From the NCBI RefSeq assembly GCF_051513965.1, contig NZ_CP195847.1, positions 3,052,608 to 3,116,607 of the forward strand: a DNA stretch of 64,000 nucleotides. Direction: 5' to 3'. The translations under genes were made by a program, and so were the position numbers. A model generated the notes under the pieces. That model had not been told where the DNA came from, did not search any database, and was given only the letters and a program-made list of their open reading frames with translations. Of the stretch, positions 34,680 to 43,186 are shown piece by piece; positions within the stretch are counted from its first letter, which is position 1; every line of letters starts with the position of its first letter. Origin of the DNA: Paramicrobacterium sp. CJ85. Lineage in GTDB: Bacteria > Actinomycetota > Actinomycetes > Actinomycetales > Microbacteriaceae.

Positions 34680-35344
34680 TCGAATCTCCTCTTCATATCG
34701 GTCAGGTGGGCTCGGGTGATGTGCGCGGCCTCGTCACCATCGCGCTCGGCGATCGCGTCGACGATACTGCCGTGAATCGTGTGGTCGGTGTGCGGGTCCG
34801 CCATGGGACGTGCGCGCAGCATGTCCACCATCGTCTGACGCAGTCGGGCGGAGAACGCATCGAACATCTCCAGCAGAATGACATTGCCAGATGCTGCGAC
34901 GATTGCGCGGTGGAACGCAACGTCTGCGTCGACAAGCTGCTCCGGAGTCTTCCCCTCGGGCGAACGTTCTGCGAGCAGCCGGCGCAGATGCCGGAGCTCG
35001 GGCGGCGTGCGTCGCTCGGCGGCGAGAGAGGACGCCTCGACCTCGATCGCGATTCGTGCCTCGATCACGGCGATGACGCTGGCCTGAAGCACCGCCTGGA
35101 TGCCGCTCTCCGCCCCCTCCAGTGACATCACGAAGACACCGGAACCCTGCCGTGACTGCAGCATCCCTTGCCCGGCAAGCTGACGGATCGCCTCGCGAAC
35201 CGTTGAGCGTCCGACCCCGAGCTGCGGCGCGAGCGTAACCTCACTGGGCAGTTTCGACCCAAGCGCCCACTCGCCAGAACGGATTCTCTCGCGCAGAAGA
35301 GCCGCCGCTTGATCCGCGAGCGGCTGTCGAATCAGAGTCGGCAC
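34676..35344 (-). CDS. GntR-family transcriptional regulator (FadR/FCD subfamily)
   Basis: N-terminal GntR HTH (LPSEVTLAPQLGVGRSTVREAIRQLAGQGML) plus a C-terminal FCD-like helical domain. Overlaps the downstream ABC ATPase by 4 nt. Confidence 0.8.
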   Translation of the reverse strand: MPTLIRQPLADQAAALLRERIRSGEWALGSKLPSEVTLAPQLGVGRSTVREAIRQLAGQGMLQSRQGSGVFVMSLEGAESGIQAVLQASVIAVIEARIAIEVEASSLAAERRTPPELRHLRRLLAERSPEGKTPEQLVDADVAFHRAIVAASGNVILLEMFDAFSARLRQTMVDMLRARPMADPHTDHTIHGSIVDAIAERDGDEAAHITRAHLTDMKRRFE

Positions 35345-35394
35345 GTGTTCTCCAAGTCATCAACTTGTCTGAGGAGTTGTGTTACAGTCTACGC

Positions 35395-35439
35395 ATGTTC
35401 GCACAGGTTCTTCTCCTTCCTCGCCGCGCCGAGGCTTGA
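35395..35439 (+). CDS. Leucine leader peptide (MFAQVLLLPRRAEA) for leuA attenuation
   Basis: 14-codon ORF with three consecutive Leu codons (CTT CTC CTT). Overlaps the start of the alternative stems at 35429-35479. Confidence 0.55.
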   Translation: MFAQVLLLPRRAEA

Positions 35440-35479
35440 TGTGACCAGCTCCTCGGTGCGGAGGAGCTGACCGCTGGTC
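35429..35479 (+). promoter_or_regulatory. Transcription attenuator: mutually exclusive stem-loops between the leader peptide and leuA
   Basis: Three pairings share bases: CCGAGG(35429-34)/CCTCGG(35451-56); CAGCTCCTC(35446-54)/GAGGAGCTG(35461-69); GACCAGC(35443-49)/GCTGGTC(35473-79). Confidence 0.5.
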
Positions 35480-35507
35480 TCGACTCGAAGAGACAGGACG
35501 AAGAACA

Positions 35508-36926
35508 ATGACGCACTCCACCCCCGCCGACGCAGAACGTCGCTCGACGGCATCCATCTGGAATCGGCAACGACCCTCGGGCATGCCCGCTCACCGCTAC
35601 CGCGACGTCTTCTCGCGCGTCGAGGTACCTCAGGTCGATCGAACCTGGCCGGACGCTCGCCTCATGGAGGCACCGCTCTGGGTTCCGGTCGATCTTCGTG
35701 ACGGCAACCAGGCGCTGGCAGAACCCATGGATCCCACGCGCAAGCGTCGCTTCTTCGACCAGATGGTGCGCATGGGTTACACGGAGATCGAGGTTGGGTA
35801 TCCATCGGCCTCGCAGATCGACTTCGATTTCGTGCGCATGATTGCCGAGCAGCACATCGCACCTGAGGATGTGACGATCGTTGTGTTCACGCCCGCAATT
35901 CCGGAGCGCATCGAGCGCACGGTCGAGTCGATTCGAGGCATCCGAAACCCGGTTGTGGTGCATCTCTATGTCGCGACGGCTCCTGTGTGGCGAGATGTTG
36001 TGCTCGGCAAGAGTGCTCGAGAGCTGAAAGACTTGGCGATGCACGCCGGAGAACTCGTGGCGCGGCTCACGGGCGACATGCCGAACGTGCGCTTTCAGTT
36101 CTCACCCGAGGTCTTCAATCTGACAGAGCCAGATGTCGTGCTCGACATCTGCAATGCCATGGCCGAACTCTGGGATGCTTCACCGGAGCGGCCGGTCATC
36201 CTCAACCTGCCCGCCACCGTCGAGGTTGCGACCCCGAACGTGTATGCCGACCAGATCGAGCACATGCATCGAAACCTGGAGCGGCGAGACGGCGTCATTC
36301 TGTCTGTTCACCCTCACAACGACCGCGGCACGGGAATCGCGTGTGCTGAGCTCGCGGTTCTCGCCGGCGCGCAGCGCGTGGAGGGGTGCATCTTCGGAAA
36401 CGGTGAGCGTACAGGCAACGTCGACATCGCGACTCTGGCACTGAACCTGCTTGCACAGGGCATCGACCCGATGATCGACTTCTCCGAGATCGACGAGGTC
36501 CGGAGCGTCGTCGAGGAGTGCACGCGGATTCCGGTGCATCCTCGCCACCCGTATGTCGGCGAACTCGTGCACACGGCATTCAGCGGTACGCATCAGGATG
36601 CGATTCGGAAGGGCTTCCGTGAGCACGAGTATCGTGTTGCAGACGACGGAGTCTCTCAGGCGGATGCCGAGTGGTGCATACCGTATCTGCCCATTGATCC
36701 CAAGGATCTCGGCCGAACCTACGATGCGGTGATCAAAGTCAACGCACAGTCGGGCAAAGGCGGGATCGCATACATTCTTGAAACAGAATATGGAATCGAA
36801 ATGGCGAAGTCCGAGCAATCGGCGTTCGGTGAGCATGTGCAGCGTCACGCGGATGCCACTGGGGGCGTGGTCACGCCTCGGACGCTGCGCGAACTCTACG
36901 ACTCGTGGCGATCCGCGGCGGACTGA
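35508..36926 (+). CDS. leuA: 2-isopropylmalate synthase, long actinobacterial type but lacking the C-terminal allosteric domain
   Basis: [61 protein letters not shown], collinear with mycobacterial LeuA catalytic plus linker regions by recall. The ORF ends after about 470 aa. Confidence 0.85.
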   Translation: MTHSTPADAERRSTASIWNRQRPSGMPAHRYRDVFSRVEVPQVDRTWPDARLMEAPLWVPVDLRDGNQALAEPMDPTRKRRFFDQMVRMGYTEIEVGYPSASQIDFDFVRMIAEQHIAPEDVTIVVFTPAIPERIERTVESIRGIRNPVVVHLYVATAPVWRDVVLGKSARELKDLAMHAGELVARLTGDMPNVRFQFSPEVFNLTEPDVVLDICNAMAELWDASPERPVILNLPATVEVATPNVYADQIEHMHRNLERRDGVILSVHPHNDRGTGIACAELAVLAGAQRVEGCIFGNGERTGNVDIATLALNLLAQGIDPMIDFSEIDEVRSVVEECTRIPVHPRHPYVGELVHTAFSGTHQDAIRKGFREHEYRVADDGVSQADAEWCIPYLPIDPKDLGRTYDAVIKVNAQSGKGGIAYILETEYGIEMAKSEQSAFGEHVQRHADATGGVVTPRTLRELYDSWRSAAD

Positions 36927-37381
36927 GACTCCGCTCGCTCGACGGACTCGATGAGGCGGGTCGTGACATCGCGAAGGGCCCGAACGTCGTCTTCGCTCAG
37001 CTGGAGCTTCGCCATCATGGCGACGGGAACCTGCGTGGCTTCCGCTCGCAGTGCGCGCCCCCTCTCAGTGAGTTCGACCACGAGCACGCGTTCGTCGTGT
37101 GGATCACGCGCTCGCGTCACGTAGCCGATCGTCTCAAGACGCTTCACCATCGGCGAAAGGGTCGCCGGCTCGAGCTTGAGCATTCCGGAGAGCTGCTTGA
37201 GGGAGCTGCCCCCGTGCTGCCAGAGAGCGAGCATCACGAGATACTGCGGATGCGTGAGCTGCAGCGGGTCAAGCTCTGAGCGGTAAGCATCGATCACACC
37301 GCGAGACGCCACGGCAAGCGCGAAGCACACCTGGCTCTCAAGGGCCAGGAGCTCGTCAGGGGAGGAGTCGGTCGGCGCCAT
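36896..37381 (-). CDS. MarR-family transcriptional regulator
   Basis: MarR wHTH ([67 protein letters not shown]). Start trimmed to ATG 37379-37381. Confidence 0.8.
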   Translation of the reverse strand: MAPTDSSPDELLALESQVCFALAVASRGVIDAYRSELDPLQLTHPQYLVMLALWQHGGSSLKQLSGMLKLEPATLSPMVKRLETIGYVTRARDPHDERVLVVELTERGRALRAEATQVPVAMMAKLQLSEDDVRALRDVTTRLIESVERAESQSAADRHES

Positions 37382-37395
37382 CGAGTCTGATTGTC

Positions 37396-37626
37396 TCACG
37401 CGGGGCAGTGCAGACGAGTGGGCGTGTACTGCCCCGAACTGCGCTCGAGCCGGTGCGTGGACATCGCTGCGCCGCACATCGGGCAATCCGGGTCGGATGG
37501 ACGCACGTCGGGGCCCTCCGCGTATCCCGCGCCGATCTGAGCTGGTCCTGTGAAGGTGTAGACGACGCGGTTCCATGCCCGGTAGAACCGCCAGAATGCC
37601 TGCTTCATGAGAGTGCCCTGCCTCAC
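37396..37626 (-). CDS. Small Cys-containing (putative zinc-ribbon) protein, about 70 aa
   Basis: CPMC...HC motif. Lies 15 bp upstream of marR on the same strand. Confidence 0.4.
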   Translation of the reverse strand: MRQGTLMKQAFWRFYRAWNRVVYTFTGPAQIGAGYAEGPDVRPSDPDCPMCGAAMSTHRLERSSGQYTPTRLHCPA

Positions 37627-37793
37627 TTTGGGAGAGTGTTTCGTGGACTAATCTTTAGCGTACTAAGTAATTGACACGAGAGGAGGAGGCCGAGCGATAC
37701 ACACTCCGTGTTCTGCTGGAAGGTTCGTCCAGATCAGAAGCGGAGTCGGCTACGCGAGCGGATCGATTGGGACCGGCGGGGCCGACCGGACAC

Positions 37794-38603
37794 TTAGTCC
37801 AGTTCGTGCAGATGCCCGAGGTCGGTGTGGGATGCCGTGAGAAAGGTGGTGCGGTCGATGATGCCGCGCTCGAGCGCCGTCGTGAGCGCGAGCTCTCGGT
37901 CTTTGGCGAGCTCGGTGCGCTTCTCTTCTGTCAGCGAGAGGATCGCTGCGTCGACAGCATCCTGATCTATCTCGCCTGTCACAGGAATCGCTGGGTAGAC
38001 GGGCTTCGGAGCTTTGCCCTTCGAGAAGCCAAGGAGGGCGACGAGCGCGAGGACAGAGAGCAGCAGACTGAGCCAAACAGGGAGCGCAACGGGAGACAGC
38101 GCCTCACTCGGTGGGACGCCTCGCGCATTCAGTCCAACGAGACCGAGAGACGCGAAGACGATCACGTAGACGAGAGGGATCCAATCGCTGCCGAGCAGAC
38201 GGCCACCCCGAAACCACTCGGTGACAAGCGACACAGGGATCAGGCAGGCGATGAGAAAGCAGACGGCCGCGAGTATGAACTGCACATCAAGATCGAGCTC
38301 GCGCGTGAAGATCCGCTGACCGCCCACATTCACCTGGGAGCCCGTGAGAAACGCCGCGAAGCCGCCAACGGGTGCCAGAAGCAGAATGAACATGAAGGTC
38401 GTTCTCGCAACATCCGCGATCCGCTCTGAGAGGGGTTTCGTCTTCCACTCCGCGCGCTCGTCTGCTTTCGTGCGCCTGCCAAGGCCCCGCATGACATCAT
38501 CCTCCCGTTCGAAGACCTGCGCTTCGAAGTCCCCGAGACATACGCGTTCGTCCGCATTCTTAATCCAGTTCGCAGCGCTCATTCTGGGAATATCCCTCTC
38601 CAT
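37794..38603 (-). CDS. hypothetical integral membrane protein
   Basis: Four to five predicted TM helices and a charged cytoplasmic C-terminus. No known motif. Confidence 0.55.
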   Translation of the reverse strand: MERDIPRMSAANWIKNADERVCLGDFEAQVFEREDDVMRGLGRRTKADERAEWKTKPLSERIADVARTTFMFILLLAPVGGFAAFLTGSQVNVGGQRIFTRELDLDVQFILAAVCFLIACLIPVSLVTEWFRGGRLLGSDWIPLVYVIVFASLGLVGLNARGVPPSEALSPVALPVWLSLLLSVLALVALLGFSKGKAPKPVYPAIPVTGEIDQDAVDAAILSLTEEKRTELAKDRELALTTALERGIIDRTTFLTASHTDLGHLHELD

Positions 38604-38677
38604 ATAACTCGGCAGGCGCGTGCGGCCGAGTGTACAGGGCGCTCGGTGTCAGTCATCGTGTGTTCCCATCGCTGTTC

Positions 38678-38799
38678 AGGACTTGCGATTGTACTGATCA
38701 GAGGTCGGAATCTGAGACTCAAACAGAGCTTGAGAATGTCACAAATAATCGCAAACTAGCTTGACTGTTGATCAGTACAACTTGCTATGATCGCAAGTC
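38678..38799. promoter_or_regulatory. Operator-like inverted repeats in the promoter of the XRE-TetR regulator gene
   Basis: ACTTGCGATTGTACTGATCA (38681-38700) and its reverse-complement relative TGATCAGTACAACTTGCTATGATCGCAAGT (38770-38799). The second copy spans the ATG, and a TTGACT -35-like hexamer sits at 38761. Confidence 0.5.
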
Positions 38800-39686
38800 A
38801 TGCTTATGGTAGCGAGGTGCCTTCTTCTTCTGTCGACCCCGCCGAGCTCGCTGAGCGCATTCGCACGGCGATCAAGAACTCGGGTCTGAGTCAGCGTGAG
38901 GTGTCAAAGCAGATCGGTCTTGATGAGACGAAGCTGTCGAAGTCGCTCAAGGGAGTTCGTCGGCTTGGCTCCGATGAGATTCTGCAGATGGCTCGTGTCA
39001 CGGGAGTCACAACGAACTGGCTCCTGACCGGGGGAGATGAGGGTGCTGAGATGACTGCGCCCGTACGTGTGCTCCCCCCGACCACCCCGGAGGAGTCCGA
39101 ACAGGCGCTACGGCGGCGCCGCATCATCGAGAAAGCCTGGTGGCTCTTTGCCAAGCGCGGGTATGCCGAGGTTCGTATCGCCGACATCGCACGAGAGGCT
39201 CGGGTCTCCAGCTCAGCCGTGCACTACTACTTCGCAACCAAGCGCGCGATCTTCTCAGAGACTCTCCGCTACAGCGTGAAGATCGCCTTCGACCGCCAGA
39301 TCGCCATGCTCTACACCATCGAAGATCACGCGGATCGCCTTCGCGAACTGTGCCGTCTGCAGTTGCCGATTGATGACGAGCGCCGCGCCGCGTGGTCGAT
39401 TTGGATGCAAACGTGGGCGGACGTAGCGACCGTCGATGATGGTCGCAAGAACCACGCTGAGGGCTACCAGCGATGGCACCAGATGGTGCGCGCGATCATC
39501 GTCGAAGGACAGGATGCCGGAGCTTTCCGCGACGTCGACCCCGACGAACTCACGCGCGATCTGACTGCACTCATCGATGGTTACGGAATCAAGGTCATGA
39601 CCGGTCTCACGACAGCGGACCGGATGCTTCGACACATCGACGCGTACATCACGACGGCCATCGTGGCTGACGAACCTCCCGAATAG
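38787..39686 (+). CDS. Transcriptional regulator with N-terminal XRE-type HTH fused to a TetR/AcrR-family domain
   Basis: XRE HTH (ELAERIRTAIKNSGLSQREVSKQIGLDETKLSK...TNWLLTG) followed by a TetR HTH (RGYAEVRIADIAREARVSSSAVHYYFATKRAIF) and a ligand-binding helical domain. Confidence 0.7.
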   Translation: MIASHAYGSEVPSSSVDPAELAERIRTAIKNSGLSQREVSKQIGLDETKLSKSLKGVRRLGSDEILQMARVTGVTTNWLLTGGDEGAEMTAPVRVLPPTTPEESEQALRRRRIIEKAWWLFAKRGYAEVRIADIAREARVSSSAVHYYFATKRAIFSETLRYSVKIAFDRQIAMLYTIEDHADRLRELCRLQLPIDDERRAAWSIWMQTWADVATVDDGRKNHAEGYQRWHQMVRAIIVEGQDAGAFRDVDPDELTRDLTALIDGYGIKVMTGLTTADRMLRHIDAYITTAIVADEPPE

Positions 39687-39752
39687 CGGTGCCTCTCGAT
39701 CGCCAAGCCCCGCGCAACACACGCATCGCCACCCGATACGAAAGACACACTC

Positions 39753-41345
39753 GTGAATCCTGATCATCAGCCACAGCCGCGCATTTCCGCGGCGTTCTCG
39801 AGACGGACTCTGTTCAGCGCCGGCCTCACAGTGGGCCTCGGCGCGCTGCTCGCGGCATGCTCGTCGCCCACGACCGAGTACGCCGCCGTTGCGAAGGGTG
39901 ACCCAGTGCACGGCGGCCGCCTTCGGGTCGGTCTCGCCGGCGGCGGAGCATCCGATTCACTTGACGCCCACATTCCCGTCAACACGGTCGACATCGCCCG
40001 CGTCGTGAACCTGTACGAACCGCTCTTCTACTGGGATGACGACTACGCACTGCAGCCCAAGCTCGCCACCTCGGCCACGCCGAACGCCGATGCGACCGTG
40101 TGGACGGTGGAGCTGCGTGACGGCGTACGGTTCCACGACGGTCGTCCGATGACGGCGGAGGACGTCAAGGCATCCTTCGACCGAATCACCGACCCAGACG
40201 ACCCGAAGGCGGGCGCGGCCGGGCTCGCCGAGTACGACCACATCGAGGTGCTCGACGACCTGCGCGTGGAGTTCCACCTCAGCACTCCGCTCGCGACGTT
40301 CGATGACTCGCTCGGTCAGTACATGAACGGCATCGTGCCCGCCGACTACGACCCGGCGAAGCCGATCGGCACAGGTCCTTTCAAGGCGAAGGAGTTCACG
40401 GCGGGTCAGCGCAGCCTCTTCGTGCGCAACGACGACTACTGGCAGGGCGATCAGCCGTACCTCGATGAGTTGGAGATCCTCAACTTCAACGACGACGACG
40501 CTCTCATCAACGCGCTCCTCTCGACGCAGGTCGACGCCATCGGGCAGATCCCGCTCGCGCTGCTCGAGGTCATCGGAGCCGACGAGCGCATCGGCATCGT
40601 CAACTCCGAGACGGGAATGTGGCTTCCGTTCACGATGCGCGTCGACGTCGAGCCGTTCGACGATGAACGTGTGCGGCAGGCATTCCGCCTCGCGGTGGAC
40701 CGCCCGCAGATGATCGAACAGGTGCTCAGTGGCAACGGAACGGTCGGGAACGACCTCTACGCGCCGTTCGATCCGGGCTTCAACCACGACCTGCCTCAGC
40801 GCAAACAGGACGTCAATGCCGCGAAGAAGCTGCTCGCGGACGCGGGGTATCCCGATGGCATCGACGTGGAGCTCGTCACCGCGCCGATCCAGGCGGGCGC
40901 CGTCGAGGCTGCGCAGGTCTTCGCGCAGCAGGCGGCCTCTGCCGGAATCCGCGTCACGATCCGCAAGGTCGATACGACGACGTTCTTCGGCGACGACTAC
41001 CTGAAGTGGCCGTTCGCTCAGGACTTCTGGTACACCCGGAACTTCCTGTCGCAGACGAGTTCGGGGTCGCTGCCGAACTCTCCCTTCAACGAGACGCACT
41101 GGGATGATGACGAGTTCCAGCGACTCGTCGCGACCGCGAAGAAGACGGTCGACGACGTCGAGCGCAATGCGCTCATCGCGAAGGCACAGAAGATCGAGTA
41201 CGAGAAGGGCGGTTACATCGTGTGGGGCTTCGCCAATCAGGCGGATGCCTACCAGAAGTACGTCGCCGGACTCGTGGAGAACAAGACAGGAATTCCGCTC
41301 TCGGGCTTCGAATTCCGTCGCGTATGGATGGCGGTGGAGAAGTGA
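39753..41345 (+). CDS. ABC transporter substrate-binding protein, family 5 (peptide/nickel, DppA/OppA-like) with Tat/lipoprotein-type signal
   Basis: SRRTLFSAGLTVGLGALLAACSS signal followed by an SBP_bac_5 fold. GTG start. Confidence 0.85.
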   Translation: MNPDHQPQPRISAAFSRRTLFSAGLTVGLGALLAACSSPTTEYAAVAKGDPVHGGRLRVGLAGGGASDSLDAHIPVNTVDIARVVNLYEPLFYWDDDYALQPKLATSATPNADATVWTVELRDGVRFHDGRPMTAEDVKASFDRITDPDDPKAGAAGLAEYDHIEVLDDLRVEFHLSTPLATFDDSLGQYMNGIVPADYDPAKPIGTGPFKAKEFTAGQRSLFVRNDDYWQGDQPYLDELEILNFNDDDALINALLSTQVDAIGQIPLALLEVIGADERIGIVNSETGMWLPFTMRVDVEPFDDERVRQAFRLAVDRPQMIEQVLSGNGTVGNDLYAPFDPGFNHDLPQRKQDVNAAKKLLADAGYPDGIDVELVTAPIQAGAVEAAQVFAQQAASAGIRVTIRKVDTTTFFGDDYLKWPFAQDFWYTRNFLSQTSSGSLPNSPFNETHWDDDEFQRLVATAKKTVDDVERNALIAKAQKIEYEKGGYIVWGFANQADAYQKYVAGLVENKTGIPLSGFEFRRVWMAVEK

Positions 41346-42301
41346 TCGGCAAGATGATCGTGCGACGCATCGCCGTGAGCGTCGTGATCCTCCTCGTGGT
41401 GTCGCTCATGGTGTTCGCCGCGACCCTGCTCCTGCCGGGTGATCCCGCACAGGCGATCCTCGGCCAGCAGGCCACGCCCGAGCGTCTTGCTGCGCTGCGT
41501 GAGCAGATGGGCCTCAACGACCCGCCGTGGATGCGGTACCTGAACTGGCTCGGAGGTCTGCTCACCGGTGACTTCGGCTATTCGGCGGCGACCGGAGGAC
41601 CGGTCTCCGAGTTGCTGAGCGATCGCATCTCGGCATCCCTCGTGCTCATGGTCATCGCCGCGATCATCGCGATTCCCCTCGGCATCCTCGTCGGCACCTA
41701 CTCGGCGCTTCGCCGCGATCGGGCGGGCGACCATGTGACCACCGCGGTGACGCTCGTGCTCGCGGCGCTGCCCGAATTCGTCGTCGGCATCGTGCTCATC
41801 ACCCTCTTCGCGACGAGCGTCTTTCAGATTCTCCCGTCCGTCACGATGGCCCCGCCCGGTGAGCCCGTGTGGTCGCACCCAGCGCAGCTCGTGCTGCCGG
41901 TGCTCACGCTGGTGCTCGTCGTGACTCCGTACATCGTGCGCATGATGCGCGCGACGATGGCCGAAGTGCTCGACTCCGGGTACGTGGAGATGGCGCGCCT
42001 CAAGGGTGTGCCCGAGCGTCAGGTCATCTGGAAGCACGCGGTTCCTCACGCGATCGCCCCGGTGGCGCAGGTCATTGCGATTCAGCTCGCCTGGATGGCG
42101 GGCGGTGTCGTCGTGATCGAGTTCCTCTTCAGGTATCCGGGCATCGGACAGGCGCTGGTGGATGCCGTCGCGAACCGTGACGTGCAGGTCGTCCAGGCTC
42201 TCGCGATGCTCGTCGCCATCATCTACATCGTGGTGAACCTGCTCGCTGACCTCGTGGGCATCCTCACAAATCCAAAGCTGCGAACGGAGGCCATGGCATG
42301 A
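41342..42301 (+). CDS. ABC transporter permease (DppB/OppB-like)
   Basis: Six TM helices and the EAA-like motif (MARLKGVPERQVIWKHAVPHAI). GTG 41342 overlaps the SBP stop. Confidence 0.85.
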   Translation: MIGKMIVRRIAVSVVILLVVSLMVFAATLLLPGDPAQAILGQQATPERLAALREQMGLNDPPWMRYLNWLGGLLTGDFGYSAATGGPVSELLSDRISASLVLMVIAAIIAIPLGILVGTYSALRRDRAGDHVTTAVTLVLAALPEFVVGIVLITLFATSVFQILPSVTMAPPGEPVWSHPAQLVLPVLTLVLVVTPYIVRMMRATMAEVLDSGYVEMARLKGVPERQVIWKHAVPHAIAPVAQVIAIQLAWMAGGVVVIEFLFRYPGIGQALVDAVANRDVQVVQALAMLVAIIYIVVNLLADLVGILTNPKLRTEAMA

Positions 42302-43185
42302 GCGCCGACACGTCACAGGTCACGGACGAAGCCGTCGACCACACGCCATCGCCGCCCAAGCTGATGCGGCGCTTCATCGCGCAGCGTCAGGCGAAGGCCG
42401 GTCTTGTGCTCACGGGCATCGTGGTGCTCGTCGCATTGTTCGGTTCCCTGCTGCTGCCGTGGCTCACCGGGTACACCTCGACGGAGTTCGCGGGGCGTCC
42501 GTTCCAGTCGGATGGAATCTTCGGCACCGACAACCTCGGTCGCGACGTGTTCTCGCGGTTTCTCGCCGGTGGCCTGAAACTGTTGGCGTTCTCGGCACTC
42601 GCGACGCTGCTCGGTATGGTGCTCGGCGTGATCGCGGGTATGGTCGCCGCGTATGCCGGCGGAAAGCTCGACGCGTTCATCATGCGCGGCAACGATGTGC
42701 TGCTCGCGATTCCGCAGCTCGTGTTCGCGCTGCTCGCCGTCACCGTTCTCGGGCCGAAGGGCTGGGTGCTCGTCACGGTCATCGGCATCACGCACGCGCC
42801 GCGCATCGCCCGCGTCACGCGTTCGGCGACCGTCTCGGTGATCAGTGAGGATTACGTGCGCGCGAGCGAGATGTATGCCGTGCCGAAGTGGCGCATCCTC
42901 ACGAGCGACGTGCTGCCGAACATCACCGGTCCGCTCATGGTCGAGCTCGGTCTGCGCATGACCTACTCCATCGGCGCGGTGGCCTCGCTGTCGTTCCTGG
43001 GCATGGGCATGCAGCCGCCCGCGGCCGACTGGGGTCTCATGATCAATGAGAACCGCATCGCCCTCGCTGTCGAGCCGTGGGGAGTCATCCTCCCGGTCAT
43101 CGCGATCGCCGTGCTCACGGTGGGCATCAACCTCCTCACGGACTCGCTCGCTCGAGCATCCGCCAACCTGAAACCGGGGGAATGA
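42298..43185 (+). CDS. ABC transporter permease (DppC/OppC-like)
   Basis: BPD_transp_1 fold. Overlaps the upstream gene by 4 nt. Confidence 0.85.
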   Translation: MSADTSQVTDEAVDHTPSPPKLMRRFIAQRQAKAGLVLTGIVVLVALFGSLLLPWLTGYTSTEFAGRPFQSDGIFGTDNLGRDVFSRFLAGGLKLLAFSALATLLGMVLGVIAGMVAAYAGGKLDAFIMRGNDVLLAIPQLVFALLAVTVLGPKGWVLVTVIGITHAPRIARVTRSATVSVISEDYVRASEMYAVPKWRILTSDVLPNITGPLMVELGLRMTYSIGAVASLSFLGMGMQPPAADWGLMINENRIALAVEPWGVILPVIAIAVLTVGINLLTDSLARASANLKPGE

Positions 43186-43186
43186 C

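Noticed and set aside
39957-41099. 380-aa minus-strand ORF inside the ABC substrate-binding protein gene
   Set aside because: Antisense artefact. The plus-strand SBP has a signal peptide and a family-5 fold.
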